The notes: a model not told the origin generated them from the sequence alone. Shown: positions 1 through 15,500, counted from the stretch's first letter. The stretch: 64,000 nucleotides of DNA from Eledone cirrhosa (GCA_964016885.1 OZ024742.1:287680001-287744000); one strand, 5' to 3'. A program made the numbers and translations.

Positions 1-1090
1 TACAGTGTACACACACATTACACAATGCCCACACATACATTACATACACACAGTAATACAGTGTACACATCACACATACGAACATACGGACAGTAATACA
101 GTGTACACAACACACATACATACATACATACATACATACATACATACATACATACATACAGTAATACAGTGTACACAACAAACATACGTTCATACTGACA
201 GTAATACAGTGTACACAACACACATACATACATACAGTAATACAGTGTACACATCACACATACATACATACACACAGTAATACAGTGTACACAGCACACA
301 TACGTACATACAGACAGTAATACAGTGTACACAACACACATACATACATACAGTAATACAGTAATACAGTGTACACATCACACATGCGTACACACAAAGT
401 AATACAGTGTACACACACATTACACAATGCACACACACACAGACATACATACACACAGTAATACAGTGTACACAACACACATACGTACATACAGACAATA
501 ATACAGTGTACACAACAAACATACGTACATACACGAAGTAATAGAGCGTACACACATATTACACAGTGTACACACAGACATCATGCACATAGTAATACAG
601 TGTACACATCACGCATACGTACATACCCACAGTAATACAGTTTACACATCACACAGTAATACAGTGTACACGTCACACAGTAATACAGTTTACACATCAC
701 CCAGTAATACAGTGTACACGTCACACAGTAATACAGTGTACACGTCACACATACGTACATACCCACAGTAATACAGTGTACACATCACACAGTAATACAG
801 TGTACACATCACACAGTAATACAGTTTACACATCACACAGTAATACAGTGTACACGTCACACATACGTACATACACACAGTAATACAGTGTAAACATCAC
901 ACAGTAATACAGTGTAAACATCACACAGTAATACAGTGTACGCGTCACACATACGTACATACACACAGTAATACAGTGTACACAACACATACGTACATAC
1001 ACAAAATAATAAAGCGTACACACACATTACACAGTGTGCACACAGACATACATGCACATAGTAATACAGTGTACACACAGACGTACATAC
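1..1090. repeat. Minisatellite, core CACAGTAATACAGTGTACAC interspersed with (CATA)n/(CA)n
   Basis: Core AGTAATACAGTGTACAC recurs more than 25 times at roughly 23-45 bp spacing. Confidence 0.95.
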
Positions 1091-1495
1091 ACACAGACAG
1101 TATACAAAACACAGACACACACAATCCCAGATACATACAGACACATACATCTGTCGGTTGTTTTGTTTTCAATTTTGTCAGTCAGCCCGCCCAGCCGAAC
1201 CTCCTGTTAATAACAACACTTCCTTCCCTTTACCTAACGACTTTATTATATACACCCGATATCTCTCCACTTCCTCCTCCTATTCCTCCACTCCTTCCTT
1301 ACTCCTCCCCTCCTCCTTTTTCTTCTTCCTCTCCTTCTTCTTCAGACAACGCTCATGTTTTCCACTCCAAACACCACCACCAGCACCACCATAACTATTA
1401 TCACCATCACAACGACCACTTCAACCGCTGCTGCTGCTGCTGCTGCTGTAGTATTCTATTGCTGCTGTTAACACTATTGTTGTTGTTATTACTAC

Positions 1496-1526
<31 letters not shown>

Positions 1527-2074
1527 AGTGGTCTTCTTACTGGTGCTATTGCTGCTGCTACCACTACTGCTACTGCTACTACCACCACTACTACTACTAT
1601 TACTATTGTCACTGGTGATAATAATCATGACGATCATGACGATGATGCTGGTCTGTTAAATCTTGCGTTGTTTTAAAATCCGTGTTAGCAGAGGAGAGAG
1701 AGATATCGTGCCAAGTTATATCACTGCTTATTTGGATATCATTATTATTATATATTATATATTATATATTACTTTTTTTTTTTAAACAACAAAAAAAAAA
1801 GATAGAAAAATAACAAGAAACGACCCCCACCCCGGAAAAAAAGGAAGAAGGAATTCAATACAAAAAGTAAACCAAAAAAAAAAAAAAAAAAAAAACAACC
1901 ACACACTTATACACACTGCTGCTGTTGCAGTTCTTTAATTTCGTGTGACATCAAGCTAAAACAACAACAACGACAACAAAATATTACTCGCTGATTTTTC
2001 AGGTAAAATTCAACAATTTACCTTACCTTGAGTTTCAAAACCATATCTTATGTATGTATATATGTATTTGAGTT

Positions 2075-2118
<44 letters not shown>

Positions 2119-2119
2119 A

Positions 2120-2172
<53 letters not shown>

Positions 2173-2253
2173 AATATATATATATATATATGTATATAAA
2201 TATATATATATATGTATATAAATATATATATATATATATGTATATAAATATAC

Positions 2254-2307
<54 letters not shown>

Positions 2308-2451
2308 GGATATAAATATATTTATATATATATATATATATAGGATTTAGCTTATATCTATATATATATTTCTGATGTTTTTGTAAATTTATCAGTCGTC
2401 TGATTTTAATGAAATTTTCTTACACCCTGCCTATTTTTTTTTTTTTGCATC

Positions 2452-2518
<67 letters not shown>

Positions 2519-2928
2519 CTCTCTCTCTATCTATCCATCTATCTATCTGTCTGTCTGGGATTGCTATGTTGATTCTATGTGTGTGTACTAATTTGTGTGT
2601 CTGTCTATGTCTATATAAACGGATGTAATAGTATGTTGTAAGAATGAGTGTGTGTCTTTTAATTAGATTTTGCATTTGTGTATATGTGAATAGTGTATAG
2701 TATATACTATGCATATAGTGTGTACTATGCGTATTGTGTATAGTGTATACTATGTTTATGTAATATAACAGTGTAAATGCACGAGTAGGGTTTCACTTTC
2801 TTTATATACATATGTATATGTATTAATCGGCGGGGTAATATATATTTGTATATGTGAGTATGAATGTTCTATTCTATTCTGTCAGTGTTCGTCATAATCT
2901 ATACATATATATATATATATATACAAAT

Positions 2929-2984
<56 letters not shown>

Positions 2985-3006
2985 TATATATATATTATAT
3001 ATATAC

Positions 3007-3157
<151 letters not shown>

Positions 3158-3244
3158 CACATACATGCGTGTGTTGAAGCAGGTTGATTTTTTCATGTAG
3201 GTGTTAGTTATTTGCCAAGTGTGTACATATATATGTTTGTGTGT

Positions 3245-3318
<74 letters not shown>

Positions 3319-3715
3319 CATACACATATATGTGAAAGTATGAGCATGTATTTGTGTATATAGTGTAGAAGATTAATTGTCCTCTGTCGTTGTTTATTAT
3401 CAGACGTGTGTTAGTCTGTGCATATGTATTTGCGCGCGCATGTGTTTATATGTGCGTGAAAGAGAAAGAAAGATTTTTTTTATTTATTTTTTTTTATTAC
3501 CTAAAGATTATGTATGTGGTGCATTCGCGTGCACATGCGTATCAATGAATATATGCACATGTTTTTTACATATATTTCTCTGTCGGTGTTGACCGAAATA
3601 TACATATGTAATGTGTGTGCATATGTATTTATTCACGAATGTCAGCTCAGAATGTGTGGGTGGGAAACTTCAGTCCACACGCACACACACACACTATCAG
3701 TTGTCCGTCTGAAAT

Positions 3716-3799
<84 letters not shown>

Positions 3800-4044
3800 G
3801 TGTGTGCGGGCGTGTGTGTGGTCTTTTTGAATAGTTAAATGTATGGTTGTGTATATTTTCGTGTTATGTGGAGACAAAATATATATTTGTGTGTATGTGG
3901 GTGTATGTTTGTGTATGTCTAAGAGCATTCATTAATCCACCCTTCTCCGGTTGATTTACCAGTAATGTACTGCGGTCCACAGTAATCACCTATAGCCACC
4001 CTATAATACGTGTGGCATTATACCCATTATAGAAATTATCATTA

Positions 4045-4690
4045 GCTTCGGATAAAATGCCTTGTGGTACTTATTTCATCCGGCTCTTTGTGTTCTGAAT
4101 TCAAATCCCGCTCAGGTCAACTTTGCCTTCCGGGTTGATAAAATAAAGTATCAATCAGACACAGGCTTCAATATAATCGATTTTCCTTTTCCCTTCAAAT
4201 TGCTGGCCCCTTGCCAAAAATAGAAACAATTATTAGGATTGTAAAGTTGTTTCAACGTTGGAAAAAGGCTTTGCGGCATTTTTAGTTAGGACTCTCTACC
4301 TTCTGAGTTCAAATCCCGCCGAGGTTAACTTTGCCTTTCATCCTTACGCGGTCGATAAAATAAAGTACCAGTAACGCACTAGGGTCGATTTAATTGACTT
4401 GCCCCTTTCCCCCCGAAAATTGTTGGCCTTGCGTCTGAAGTAGAAACAATTATTATTATTGTTGTTCTCAGGGTGGTGGATTGGTAGTATCGGTAGAGCG
4501 TCGGACAACATGCTTTGTGGCATATAGTTACGCCCCCTTTACTTTCTGAGTTCAAATCCCGCCGAGGTTGGCTTTGCCTTTCATCCTTACGAGATCGATA
4601 AAATAAAGTACCAGTAACGCACTGGGTCGATTTAATCGATTTCACTTCCCACCAAAATTGTTGACCTTGTGCCTAAATCAGAAATTATTA
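4045..4690 (+). mobile_element. Three head-to-tail copies of a tRNA-derived SINE (family A, Meta-domain-like body)
   Basis: A box TGGTAGTATCGGTAGAG, B box GAGTTCAAATCCC, body GCCTTTCATCCTTACG.GGTCGATAAAATAAAGTACCAG, tail GGCCTTGTGCCTAAATCAGAAA(ATT)n; many other copies in window. Confidence 0.85.
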
Positions 4691-6152
4691 TTGATGTTGT
4701 TGTTGTGTCAGCGAAAAGTGGGTCTTTGAATTCGCTTGTGATATATTTCTAGCAGTAAAATTGTGCTAAATCTCCTATCCTTCCTGTAGTTGCAGTCAGA
4801 CCTCCCTACAATTTTGTTTTCTCTTTCTTCTGTCTGCCAAAAAGGGAAGAAAATACTGCGAGTGAGAGGTATCAACAATTTCAATAAACGGTTCTACCGT
4901 CTGCTTGCTGTCTGCTTAAAAATCTGTCTCTAGGTCGTGTTGTATGTATATATGTGTAGTTAGTTCTCAAATTTGAATGCATGTGTGACTTGTGTGATTA
5001 GTGTGTGTGTGTCTCTGTGTGCGGGTGACATTCTCTACTCAGTGCTGTCTGCAGTCTGTCTGAAGATGTATTTGTATATGATGGGTTGGGAGGGGGAGGT
5101 ATTACAGTGTGTATGGTGGTTGGTGATGGGAACTATCTATCTCTGTGATCTTCTGTACGTTTTGCATGTCTGAATATATGCCGAGTTGTATGAAACGTAA
5201 GCGAATAAGCTTCCGTCGAATCGAATCCGCGATCAAGGTTCGTTGCCAATGTGTGGTAGCTATTTTCGTTGGATTCGATTATGCTTATAGGAAAAGCATG
5301 AATGCCAAAATACGTGCCGCCCCCTTCCTTCACTAATCTGAAGTCAGTAGGGTAGAATCATCTATTGATTAATATCTATGATTATGTAAGGTCAAGTCAT
5401 CATCATCATCATTCGTCGACTACTGTTGAGATGATGGATCTCACTCTCATGCCCCAGAATTCCCTGTCCCCCATCGCTGCCCCCAGGTCCTGTCTACTGA
5501 TTCCCGTATCCCTAGAGATAACGTCAGGGAATGACAGCCTCCTACTCCTAGTCAGGCTGGAGTCAGGGTTCCAGAGCAAGAGAGCGGATATGATTTCATT
5601 GCTGGCACGGTGACAGTCAAGTAGTTGACCATGTTTATCGCATTATCGTGTGAGGATGTCTGACGGAGCAGCGTTACTATGCTGTTGTCTATTTAATGCA
5701 AAACGTATTTATGTCGTCAATTTTGTGAGGTTGAAAAGGCGGTTAATTTGACAGTGCCATTAGAGTGATGGATATGTGTTATGGGTCTCTGCAATCTGGG
5801 TTCAAATCTCGCCGACATTCACTACTTCGCCTTTCATTATTTCGTGGTCAATAAACAAAGTATCACCCAAGGGCTGGTGCAGCCGTCGCTTCTTCCAGCT
5901 GTTATATCCTGGATGAGAAATTATTTCTCTTTTGGTATTCATCGTTGTTGTTGATGTTGTTGTTATATACTATGGCTTCATACACCCGGTCTATATGTTA
6001 TTCACGCTGTTTCCCTCGTATAACTTAATGTGTTCACTCTGATAGGGGGAATTAATTCATTTCTCGCATCATTGAGTGTATAGGGACTACTTCTAATAAT
6101 TCTACTGGTGCAGCTTCAGCTTCGATGTGATACTTATGATGATAATAATAAG

Positions 6153-6227
<75 letters not shown>

Positions 6228-6911
6228 ATACACACAAATGTTGATACACATAAATATATATATATACATATATATATGAAAAGCGGTGAGTTAACAGAGT
6301 TTCGAATAAAATGGTTTGTGGTTTCGTTTCGTTTTTTCGCGTTCTAAGTTCAAATCCCAGCGAGATCATGCTTATCTTTCACTCCTCCGGGGATTGCCAG
6401 ATAAAATACCATTCAAGGGCAGGTGTTTGACGAACTCGTAGGAGTTTCGGAGAGAATGCCGTACGGTGTTTGTTCCGGTACTTTGCATTCTGAGTTCAAA
6501 TCCCGCGGTGGCCTACTTGGGTGGTAAACTTAATCGATCACCCGGTTTAACACCACCACCTGGTACTTGGGGGACTTTAGCAGAGTCCACTCTAATGCAT
6601 ACATTCGGACAAGGTTTTAAGTTTGAGGATACCTTCCACCTGTCCGGAAGGCTCTGAAAAGGGTCATGGTGACTGCCCTTCCCCATGAATAAGCGATAGA
6701 AGGAAAAACATGCAAGCGCCTGTATATGTGCACACACGTGCATCTTTTGATGGCAGTGTGCAAATTATATACATTGCGCAATCATCATTCTTCCACTACA
6801 AATACCCACTTAAAAAAAAGGCATTGCATACACACAAACACACATATAGACATTGCTTAAACCTACGCGCACACACACACATACATACACTCACACGTGG
6901 ACGCACACACG

Positions 6912-7013
<102 letters not shown>

Positions 7014-7579
7014 GATAGACGGAATTAAGTGAAACCACCATGTCAACATAAATGAGTCTCAGTATACGTCAGAGTGTAAGATCATTGTGCATGTGTCGGG
7101 AAGTAAGGTGGAAGTAAGGTGGAAGTAAGGTGGAGTTGTGGTTTAGGTTAGATGTGTGCATGCTTAAGTATGTGTAGTTTGTGCAGGTCACAGTATGTCT
7201 ATTATGTTGTCTATGTAAAAGGGCTCTTCTGTTAGCGTCTGGCTTGATTGTGTATCTGAGCCGAAACGTATGTGTATGTGTGTTTGTCAATGTTTAGCCC
7301 GATGCCAAGCTCCGATTAAGTTGACTTATGATGAAACACAATCCATCCTTGACCATCCTTTATTTTTTCCTGGCATTGTGTATCTCGGAGTACATTATTT
7401 ACTCTGACTTTCTAAGGCGGCTGGCGCTTTCAGACAGATTTCATAGTTATTTCTAGCAGAAAGAATAAACACGTAAAGGCTTCCTCGTTATCTCTGTGAG
7501 TGTCTGTGCTTCTATATTTATGCACCACTAAAATATATCTTGATGTGTCATTCTATACACACTCCACTCCTATTTGTGC

Positions 7580-7738
<159 letters not shown>

Positions 7739-7740
7739 TA

Positions 7741-8160
7741 CACGGTTGTCTATGAGTGTGTATAGAAGATTATATTAATAAGAGGAATTCCAACTTTGTC
7801 TGATTTACTCGTTTTATTTACAATCCTTTAAAATTTATAATGGTATTATAATGAAATAGTATGATAGAATATTAAATTCTAAGTGTTAATTGAACAAGTA
7901 CTTTCATGCTTTCGCAATCTTCAGGTTCATAATATGTGGTGACAGTCAAGTTTGCAATTTTCACAGTTGAAAATTGCAAACTTGACTGTCACCACATATT
8001 ATGAACCTGAAGATTGCGAAAGCATGAAAGTACTTGTTCAATTAACACTTAGAATTTAATATTCTATCATACTATTTCATTATAATACCATTATAAATTT
8101 TAAAGGATTGTAAATAAAACGAGTAAATCAGACAAAGTTGGAATTCCTCTTATTAATATA
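7741..8160. mobile_element. Fold-back element: perfect 193-bp inverted repeat (7771-7963/7968-8160) plus 30-bp extension; one hammerhead per arm
   Basis: Arms compared block by block are identical, loop CAGT; flanked by (GATA)n and (TA)n. Confidence 0.85.
8002..8040 (+). ncRNA. Minimal type I hammerhead ribozyme motif (mirror copy 7891-7929 on minus)
   Basis: TGAAC-CTGAAGA-T TGC GAAA GCA T-GAAA-GTAC-TT-GTTCA: 5-bp stem I, intact core, palindromic stem III AGUACU, CUU site. Confidence 0.8.
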
Positions 8161-8967
8161 TATATATATAGAAATAAATAGATAGATAGATGTGTGCGTG
8201 TGTGTGTGTGTGCATACGTATATATATTTGTATATGCTTGTTTATGCGGTTAGTATACTCATATATATATGGGTTACAAACATAATTCTGCCTATCAAAT
8301 ATTTGGAAGTTTGTGTATGCAATTGCATGCTTTTTTTATGTATGGATTGACTTATGTTTATGTAGATGTGTACAAGGTCTCTAAGAAGCTGGTACATCGT
8401 AACCCGAGTCACGTGTAAAAACTTCGAGCCATAACCCCCCCCCCCCCCTCCTTCATCTCAAGTTATCGCCCGGTTATCTGAAATTACCTACATATTTCTC
8501 CCGAAGTTAGCCTGAACCTGATTTCAAATTATTCCTACACTCTTCATATTAGCCCACCACATCCTCTCCAATTTAACTAAAATAATAAATACCATTGCTT
8601 ACAACTCATGATGTTGATGATAATGATGATGATGATGATCCTCTAGTTGCTACAAGGACCGAAAGACACTGGTGATTGATACACAAAGGTTATCTGAAAC
8701 AATAGGAGGTAAAATGAAATTACCTTCCAGCTACCACCGGGAATAATTTAAAATCGATTCCATACTACCTCCCAGTCAATTGAATACGTGAGATAGTCTG
8801 AGACAGGAATAATCTGAAATCGTTATACCGGGAATTTCCCGCGATTTGTTTGCAAATTCCAGATTAGCATTCACATATTGGGAAGGAGACTCGAAAGAAA
8901 ACTTGTACCTCTTGATAAAATTCCCCTCATGTGTCCTTGGTATCTATCTATCTATCTATCTATATAT

Positions 8968-9210
8968 GATTACCTGTACAGGTAACCAAAGTGCGTATAC
9001 AGGTAATCAAAGTGTGTGTGTATATATATATATATATACACACACTTTGATTACCTGTATACACACTTTGGTTACTTGTACAGGTAACCAAAGTGCGTAT
9101 ACAGGAAATCAAAGTGTGTGTATATATATATATATATTACCTGTATACACACTTTGGTTACTTGTACAGGTAATCAAAGTATGTATACATTTTTGGGGGA
9201 CACCCTGTGT
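8968..9210. mobile_element. Rearranged Tc1/mariner-type MITE end with nested inverted duplications
   Basis: TIR ...ATGTATACATTTTTGGGGGACACCCTG matches the MITEs at 23315 and 60903; internal segment repeated in both orientations. Confidence 0.6.
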
Positions 9211-9269
9211 ATATATATATTACTCGCTTTGTTTATGCATTCACATTTAAGTCATTTTTTTTTTCAATA

Positions 9270-9960
9270 TCTTATTCAGGGAAAAGGGCCACACCCATAA
9301 CCTCTGCAGGTCTCCAGAGACCTGTCTGATCAATACGGTTGATGTCCAGCTTGTTGGCTGACGACTGTAATGAAACAAACTGGCAAGGAAGGATTTCTAG
9401 AGAGTTGTCATTTATGAGAGGAAGAGAGAGGATATAGAGGTTACTGCATGACCTAGGGATAGAAAAACAACATAGGTGACACGAGAAGGAGTGACCAGTA
9501 GACCTAGTAGTGTGCAACTAGGTAATACAGATGACTATATGACGTAGCAGCGGCGGTAAAATAGACAAAAAAAGGGTATATGTGGGTCAGGTTATGTAGT
9601 GCATTAGAGAGTTTCATTTCGTATGTGATCTAGGATGTTTGTTTTCATAGCAGCAGTGTTGTCCCACGTGTGAAGTACATTGTAGGAAAACTTCATTGTA
9701 GGAAAACTTCATTGTAAGTCTAATTTGGACTCTGTAGAAGATTTCGACTGTTAAATGAAAACTGAAATATTTTCCGACCTTGATGAAGAAGATTAGTGTT
9801 TGAGATGCAGATGTAGCTATCACTAAGGGTTTACCAGGAGAAATAATTAGAGATTATGAAGCTCAGAATGTTTGGGTAATTTAAAGTTTTACGTACGAAT
9901 AGTTGATGTTTAGATAGAGTGAGGTACAAGAGTCTTTCTCTGTTGTGACCAGGGATTGTG
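9270..9960 (-). pseudogene. Degenerate CR1/L2/Jockey-type LINE ORF2 C-terminal remnant
   Basis: IATSASQTL..KYFS..FYRVQIR..CTSHV resembles the post-RT motif IAK.AS..L...YF...LYK.QIRP.MEYCSHVW. Confidence 0.45.
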
Positions 9961-10859
9961 TTTTTGGTGTCTGTTTCTATTGATATGTTTGTATATATTC
10001 TAATGTATATTTGTATGTATATAAGTTTATGTATTTTTACGTATGTCCCTCAAATTTTTATATGTTTCTTATCTGGTCACTCCCCACCTTTATTTATGAG
10101 AAACGGGGACCATGGATAATTGCACCAATGCTATGATGATGTATGTCCCTGAGCCTCATTAGGGAAAAATGAGGTCAGTAGATCCCGAATCCTTGTCCGA
10201 CCATTACTCGGAAGCTGGCTACTGACCTGCAGCTCATCCGCCTTCATTACTTCAAAGGTTGTCACCAAGATGACTTAGAAGTCCCATCTTCCTCGGTTTT
10301 GAAAACAAAGTGATCCTTCTCCTAGACAGGCTTCCAAACAAGGCTAAGGAGCTCTGTCTACCTATTAATATGTTTAGGTTTGTTTATATTTCTATTACAG
10401 TGATTCAAACACCCACACCAACTATCTGTCTGCCTGTCTATCTATTTCTCTCAGTTTATCTGTCTGTTCATCTATCTCTTTGTCTATCTGTTTCAAAGTC
10501 TATCAGTCTGTTTCCCTGTTAGTCTCCCCCCCCCCCAGCCACTGTCTGTCTGTTTGTCTTTCTCTGTGTCTGTCGTGATGCATGTGCATCATGCTAGTGT
10601 ACATGTTTGCTTACATCTACAGAAGCACACACTTTCATATAAACTTATGTTTATGGTACGATAATGATGTATAAGACAACAGTTATGATGTAAGTCTTCT
10701 TAGTTGCTGTCTCCCATTCTCTCTATTATTCTCTTCTTATCTAAATATCTATATATTCATCCATGCATGCATCTATTTATCTATCTATCCATCAACATAT
10801 CTATCTATTTATCTATCCATCCACCCACCCATCTATCAATCTATCATAGAAATAGATAA

Positions 10860-10921
<62 letters not shown>

Positions 10922-11310
10922 GTATATATAGTAATAATAATAAATTTGAAGACTAAAATCCAAAGAGGGCTCGATAAGGATAAATATATATCAAATATAT
11001 AAGAACCGTAGAGCAAATATTTATTAAAATAACAGATTCTTTGCTTAAACTTTAATCTGTTATTTTAATAAATATATATATATCATTATCTATTTCTATG
11101 ATATATATATATGTGTGTGTGCGGGGGGGGGGGGCGGTATGCGTGTGTGTATGTATATATATATCATTATCTCTATGTCTAACACATAGCCATATGCACA
11201 ATGGCACATAGATATTCAAGCAATATCAAGATCTTTTCCAATAAAGATTATATCAACACCAACACTATCGTCGATTTAACGCCAGTTTTTTTTCTATACT
11301 TCCCCCCTTT

Positions 11311-11344
<34 letters not shown>

Positions 11345-11537
11345 ATCACACACACACACACACACACGCATACACACAACAACGTGTGACGTGAGTTTCA
11401 CTATGTCGGTCATGTATTAGATAAGTCTGTCTAAGCATGCACATATGTGTATGTACGCGTATGTTTGTACCCCCATCTCTATATGTACATATATCTATAT
11501 ATATGCATGTGTATGTTTGTGCATACACTCCCCCAAT

Positions 11538-11651
<114 letters not shown>

Positions 11652-12014
11652 CCATCCAGTTGGGGAAGAGGTGAGATGGAGAGATTTTGTTGTTTTCAGT
11701 CAGGTTGCTTAATTCTCGTTGCCCAAGTTTATCTTGGATAAAGAACATTCTATCCAGTGGGACATTTATCTGTTAACAATATCTTGCAGTTTCCTCTGCA
11801 GAGCTTGTAATACAGCTTTGTGAAATATTGTACATTTATACTAAACAAACATCCTACATTTTTTTCACTGCCTCAGCTATCTCAGTTCCTTGACTTGTAG
11901 CATTTTCATTTATTTATCAAGTTGAAAAGGAACTTGGATGTAACATGATTTGTAATATCTCCAGACAAATGAGTTGCTTTACTGCCAAAAGTTGTTTTTT
12001 ATTTAGTCTGTCTC

Positions 12015-12248
12015 GAGCCCGAAGGCTTATCAGGCCAGTACTAATACCAGTTTCTGTAGCGTGAAGCGACTGAGAATACAAGACTTCCCCTTGGACAGCT
12101 ATTGCTAGTACTCATTTTCAGCTGAGTATACTGGAGTAATGTAAAATGAAGTGTTTTACTCAAGAACACAACACGCAGCCCAGTCATGGAATCGAACCCA
12201 CGACATTATGATCGTAAGTCCAACACCTTACCACTAGGCACGCGCCTC
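12015..12248 (-). mobile_element. tRNA-derived CORE-type SINE (family B)
   Basis: tRNA head with GGTTCGATTCC B box followed by TGTGTTCTTGAG.AAAACACTTCATTT (CORE-like); other copies at about 16278, 19280-19450(-), 25120-25390(+), 33340-33460(-). Confidence 0.75.
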
Positions 12249-12544
12249 AACTCATTGCCAAAAGAAGCAACTCTTAATAGTTTGTTGCTTTTGACAAACT
12301 TTTGACATCAATAGGTTAGGAAATGTTTTCCCCAGTTCCTTCTAGTGCATTAACCCTTTTGCAACCTTATCTATAATGAAATGCCCTCTATTTCAATTAC
12401 TTAATGAAACATATTGAGGAATTTATTCTTTTTCTTTTTTGTTTTGCTCACATACTCCTCAGAAGGTCGTGTGACTGAGTCCTCAGGCTCGCCTTATAGT
12501 AGGATTACTAACTTTACTAATTATTTCATTATTAGGAAAATAAG

Positions 12545-13070
12545 GACGGTGGATTGGCAGTATCGGTAGAGCGTCGGACAACATGACTTGCGGCATAGAC
12601 GTCCTGAGTTTAAATCCCGCCAAGATTAGCTTTCATCCTTACGGGGGGTCGATAAAATAAAGTACCAGTAACGCACTGGAGTCGATTTAATCGACTTTAC
12701 CCTCATCCATAATCGTTGGCCTTATGCCTAAATCAGAAACCATTGTTAGGAAAGTAACTTAACATTTTTCTATATAATTTAACTTTTCTATATAATTATG
12801 ATGGAATATTGTCATTTAAATACGAATGGCTGATGCTATTTCAAAGAATCAGAGCCGGATCTATGATAATGATAATGATTATTTCTAAAATTGGCAGTAT
12901 CGGTAGAGGGTCGGACGCCATGCTTTGACGCATAGAGTTACGTCCCTTGCCATTCTGAGTTCAAATCCGGCCGAGGTTAACTTTGCCTTTCATCCTCACG
13001 GGGTCGATGAAATAAAGTACCAGTAATGCACTGGGTAATTGCTGGCCTTGTGCCTAAAGTAGAAATAATT
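12545..13070 (+). mobile_element. Two SINE family A copies (about 12545-12745 and 12890-13070)
   Basis: Same A/B boxes, body and tail as the copies at 4045-4690. Confidence 0.85.
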
Positions 13071-13858
13071 ATTTCTAAAAATCTGCCATCACCATCACTA
13101 TTACTACAAACACTACTATTACTACTACTACTACTGTTGCTGCTGCTGCTGCTGCTGCTGCTACTATTGCTGCTACTACTGCTGCTGCTACTGCTGATGC
13201 TGCTGCTGCTGCTACTGATGCTGCTACTGATGCTGCTACTACTACTGCTGCAGTTAATGATGATGGTGTGTAAACATCATTCACACTATATTCGTGGCAT
13301 ATGCGATAATTGAATGTTTACACATTTAAGACAATCATAATAATTTATCGCAATATTAATACACACACGCACACATACACACACACACACATACACACAC
13401 ATTCAGACACACACACACACGCATTCAAATAGACACACACATATTCACACACACACACATACACATACAGCGTTTTTATGAATAAATGTTTCAGTGTGTA
13501 CTGGCGTATCGCTATGTATGTATGTATGTATATATGTATGTATGTATGTATGTAGATAACTATGTATGTATGTATGTATGTATGTATGTATGTATGTATG
13601 TGTATATGCACATAAGTATGTTTGAATATGTAAATGTAGTATGTTTATGCATGTATTATTGTGTCACTTAGTAAGTTTGTATGTACAAATGTGTGTATGA
13701 GTAAATGTAGTACGTTCAAGTATGTATTACTTTGTCACAATGTATACATGTATGTATATATATGTATGCACGCTTGAATGTTTGTATTTCTCAATGTAGT
13801 ATATTTGTGTATGTATTAGAACATCACTTTCTACGTAGGTGTGTATATTATCGATGTA

Positions 13859-14260
13859 CTCTCGGGTCCCAAATAATAAGGGGTGGAGGAATAAGCGAGT
13901 TGGGTTGGAAAATCAGTAATTTTTTTTTAGGTTGTCTCCGTTGATTTTAAAAAAAACAACAGAATTAGTCGTTTGGTTACATATTGAGACACCAACCCAT
14001 CCTATTTATTTTATAACGTATGGGATTTCTAGTAATGTACTTATTTTTTTTTTTTTTTTTGTCATGTATAAAGATTTTTAATGTAAAAAGAAAATTAATT
14101 GTCGCAGGAATGCTACCACTTAAAATAAAAATTCGCCAGAGATAGATTAGCAAAATTTAATAAGCGGGGTGGGGTGTGGGAATTAGAGCGCGTGGGGGGG
14201 GGGGGGGGGGGGGTGTCATAAAAAATAAACGGGGGGAGGGGGTTATTCGAGACCCAAGAA
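13859..14260. mobile_element. Putative MITE with imperfect TIRs and TA flanks
   Basis: TA-CTCTCGGGTCCCAAATAA ... TTATTCGAGACCCAAGAA-TA. Confidence 0.5.
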
Positions 14261-15053
14261 TACATATGTGTTTGTATGTATGTGTCTCTATGTCTTTTCC
14301 GTCTGCTTGAAAGCCAAGCTAACCCAGCTAACCAAGCATGCTGTCTCTGTTGTTGTTGTTGCTGTTGATGTGAAACTATTGCATAGTAAGCTGTATCAAT
14401 GGCGCTCCCTGCCGCCTGTATAATTCTAACTGTTGGTGTTTTAGTCTCTTATATCATATGGCTGGTGGCAGGCAGCTAGGTAGGTTTCTATTGCTCTAGA
14501 TTGCTTTAAAGGGTGGTGGTAGCGCAGGCAGTGTGGTGGTGGTGGTGGTGGTGGTGGTGGAGGCGGTTATTGGTGGTTGTGGTAGTGGTGGCGGCGGTGA
14601 TGGTGGTGGTGGTGGTTGTAGTTTAGGAGAAGGTGGTGCTGATGGTAGTGGTGATGATGGTAGTGGTGGTCGTGGTCGTGGTCGTGGTAGTTTTGGATTG
14701 TGGTAATGGTGGTCGTGGAGGTGGTGGTTGTAGTTTAGGAGAAGGGAGTGGTGGTGGTGGTGGTGGTGGCAGTGGTGATGGTAGTTTAGGAGAAGGTGGT
14801 GGTGGTGGTGATGATGATGACGATGATGGTGGAGGATGGCAGTCTGTGTGGGTAATGTTGTCACATCTCTGACTGTTGTTAATAGATGTGTAGAAGAGAG
14901 AATAATGATGCCAGATGATCAGGCCACATAAGTACACATATATACACAGCAAGGCGCATATACACACACATACAAACACCCACTTGCACACCAGCATACA
15001 CATAATTGGATGCTTCTCTGGTTCCACCATATGTTTATAGGTCACTATACACA

Positions 15054-15257
<204 letters not shown>

Positions 15258-15269
15258 TATATACACATG

Positions 15270-15431
<162 letters not shown>

Positions 15432-15455
15432 TATATATATATATATATATATATA

Positions 15456-15494
<39 letters not shown>

Positions 15495-15500
15495 TCGTGG

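Noticed and set aside
1-1090. CRISPR-like repeat-spacer appearance
   Set aside because: Spacers are microsatellite-like and not unique, no cas genes, eukaryotic context
976-1659. 227-aa ORF with poly-His, poly-Cys and poly-Leu
   Set aside because: Trinucleotide-repeat low complexity, no domain or splice support
5165-5205. CTGAATA...GAAACGTA hammerhead-like string
   Set aside because: G8 missing and no stem I pairing
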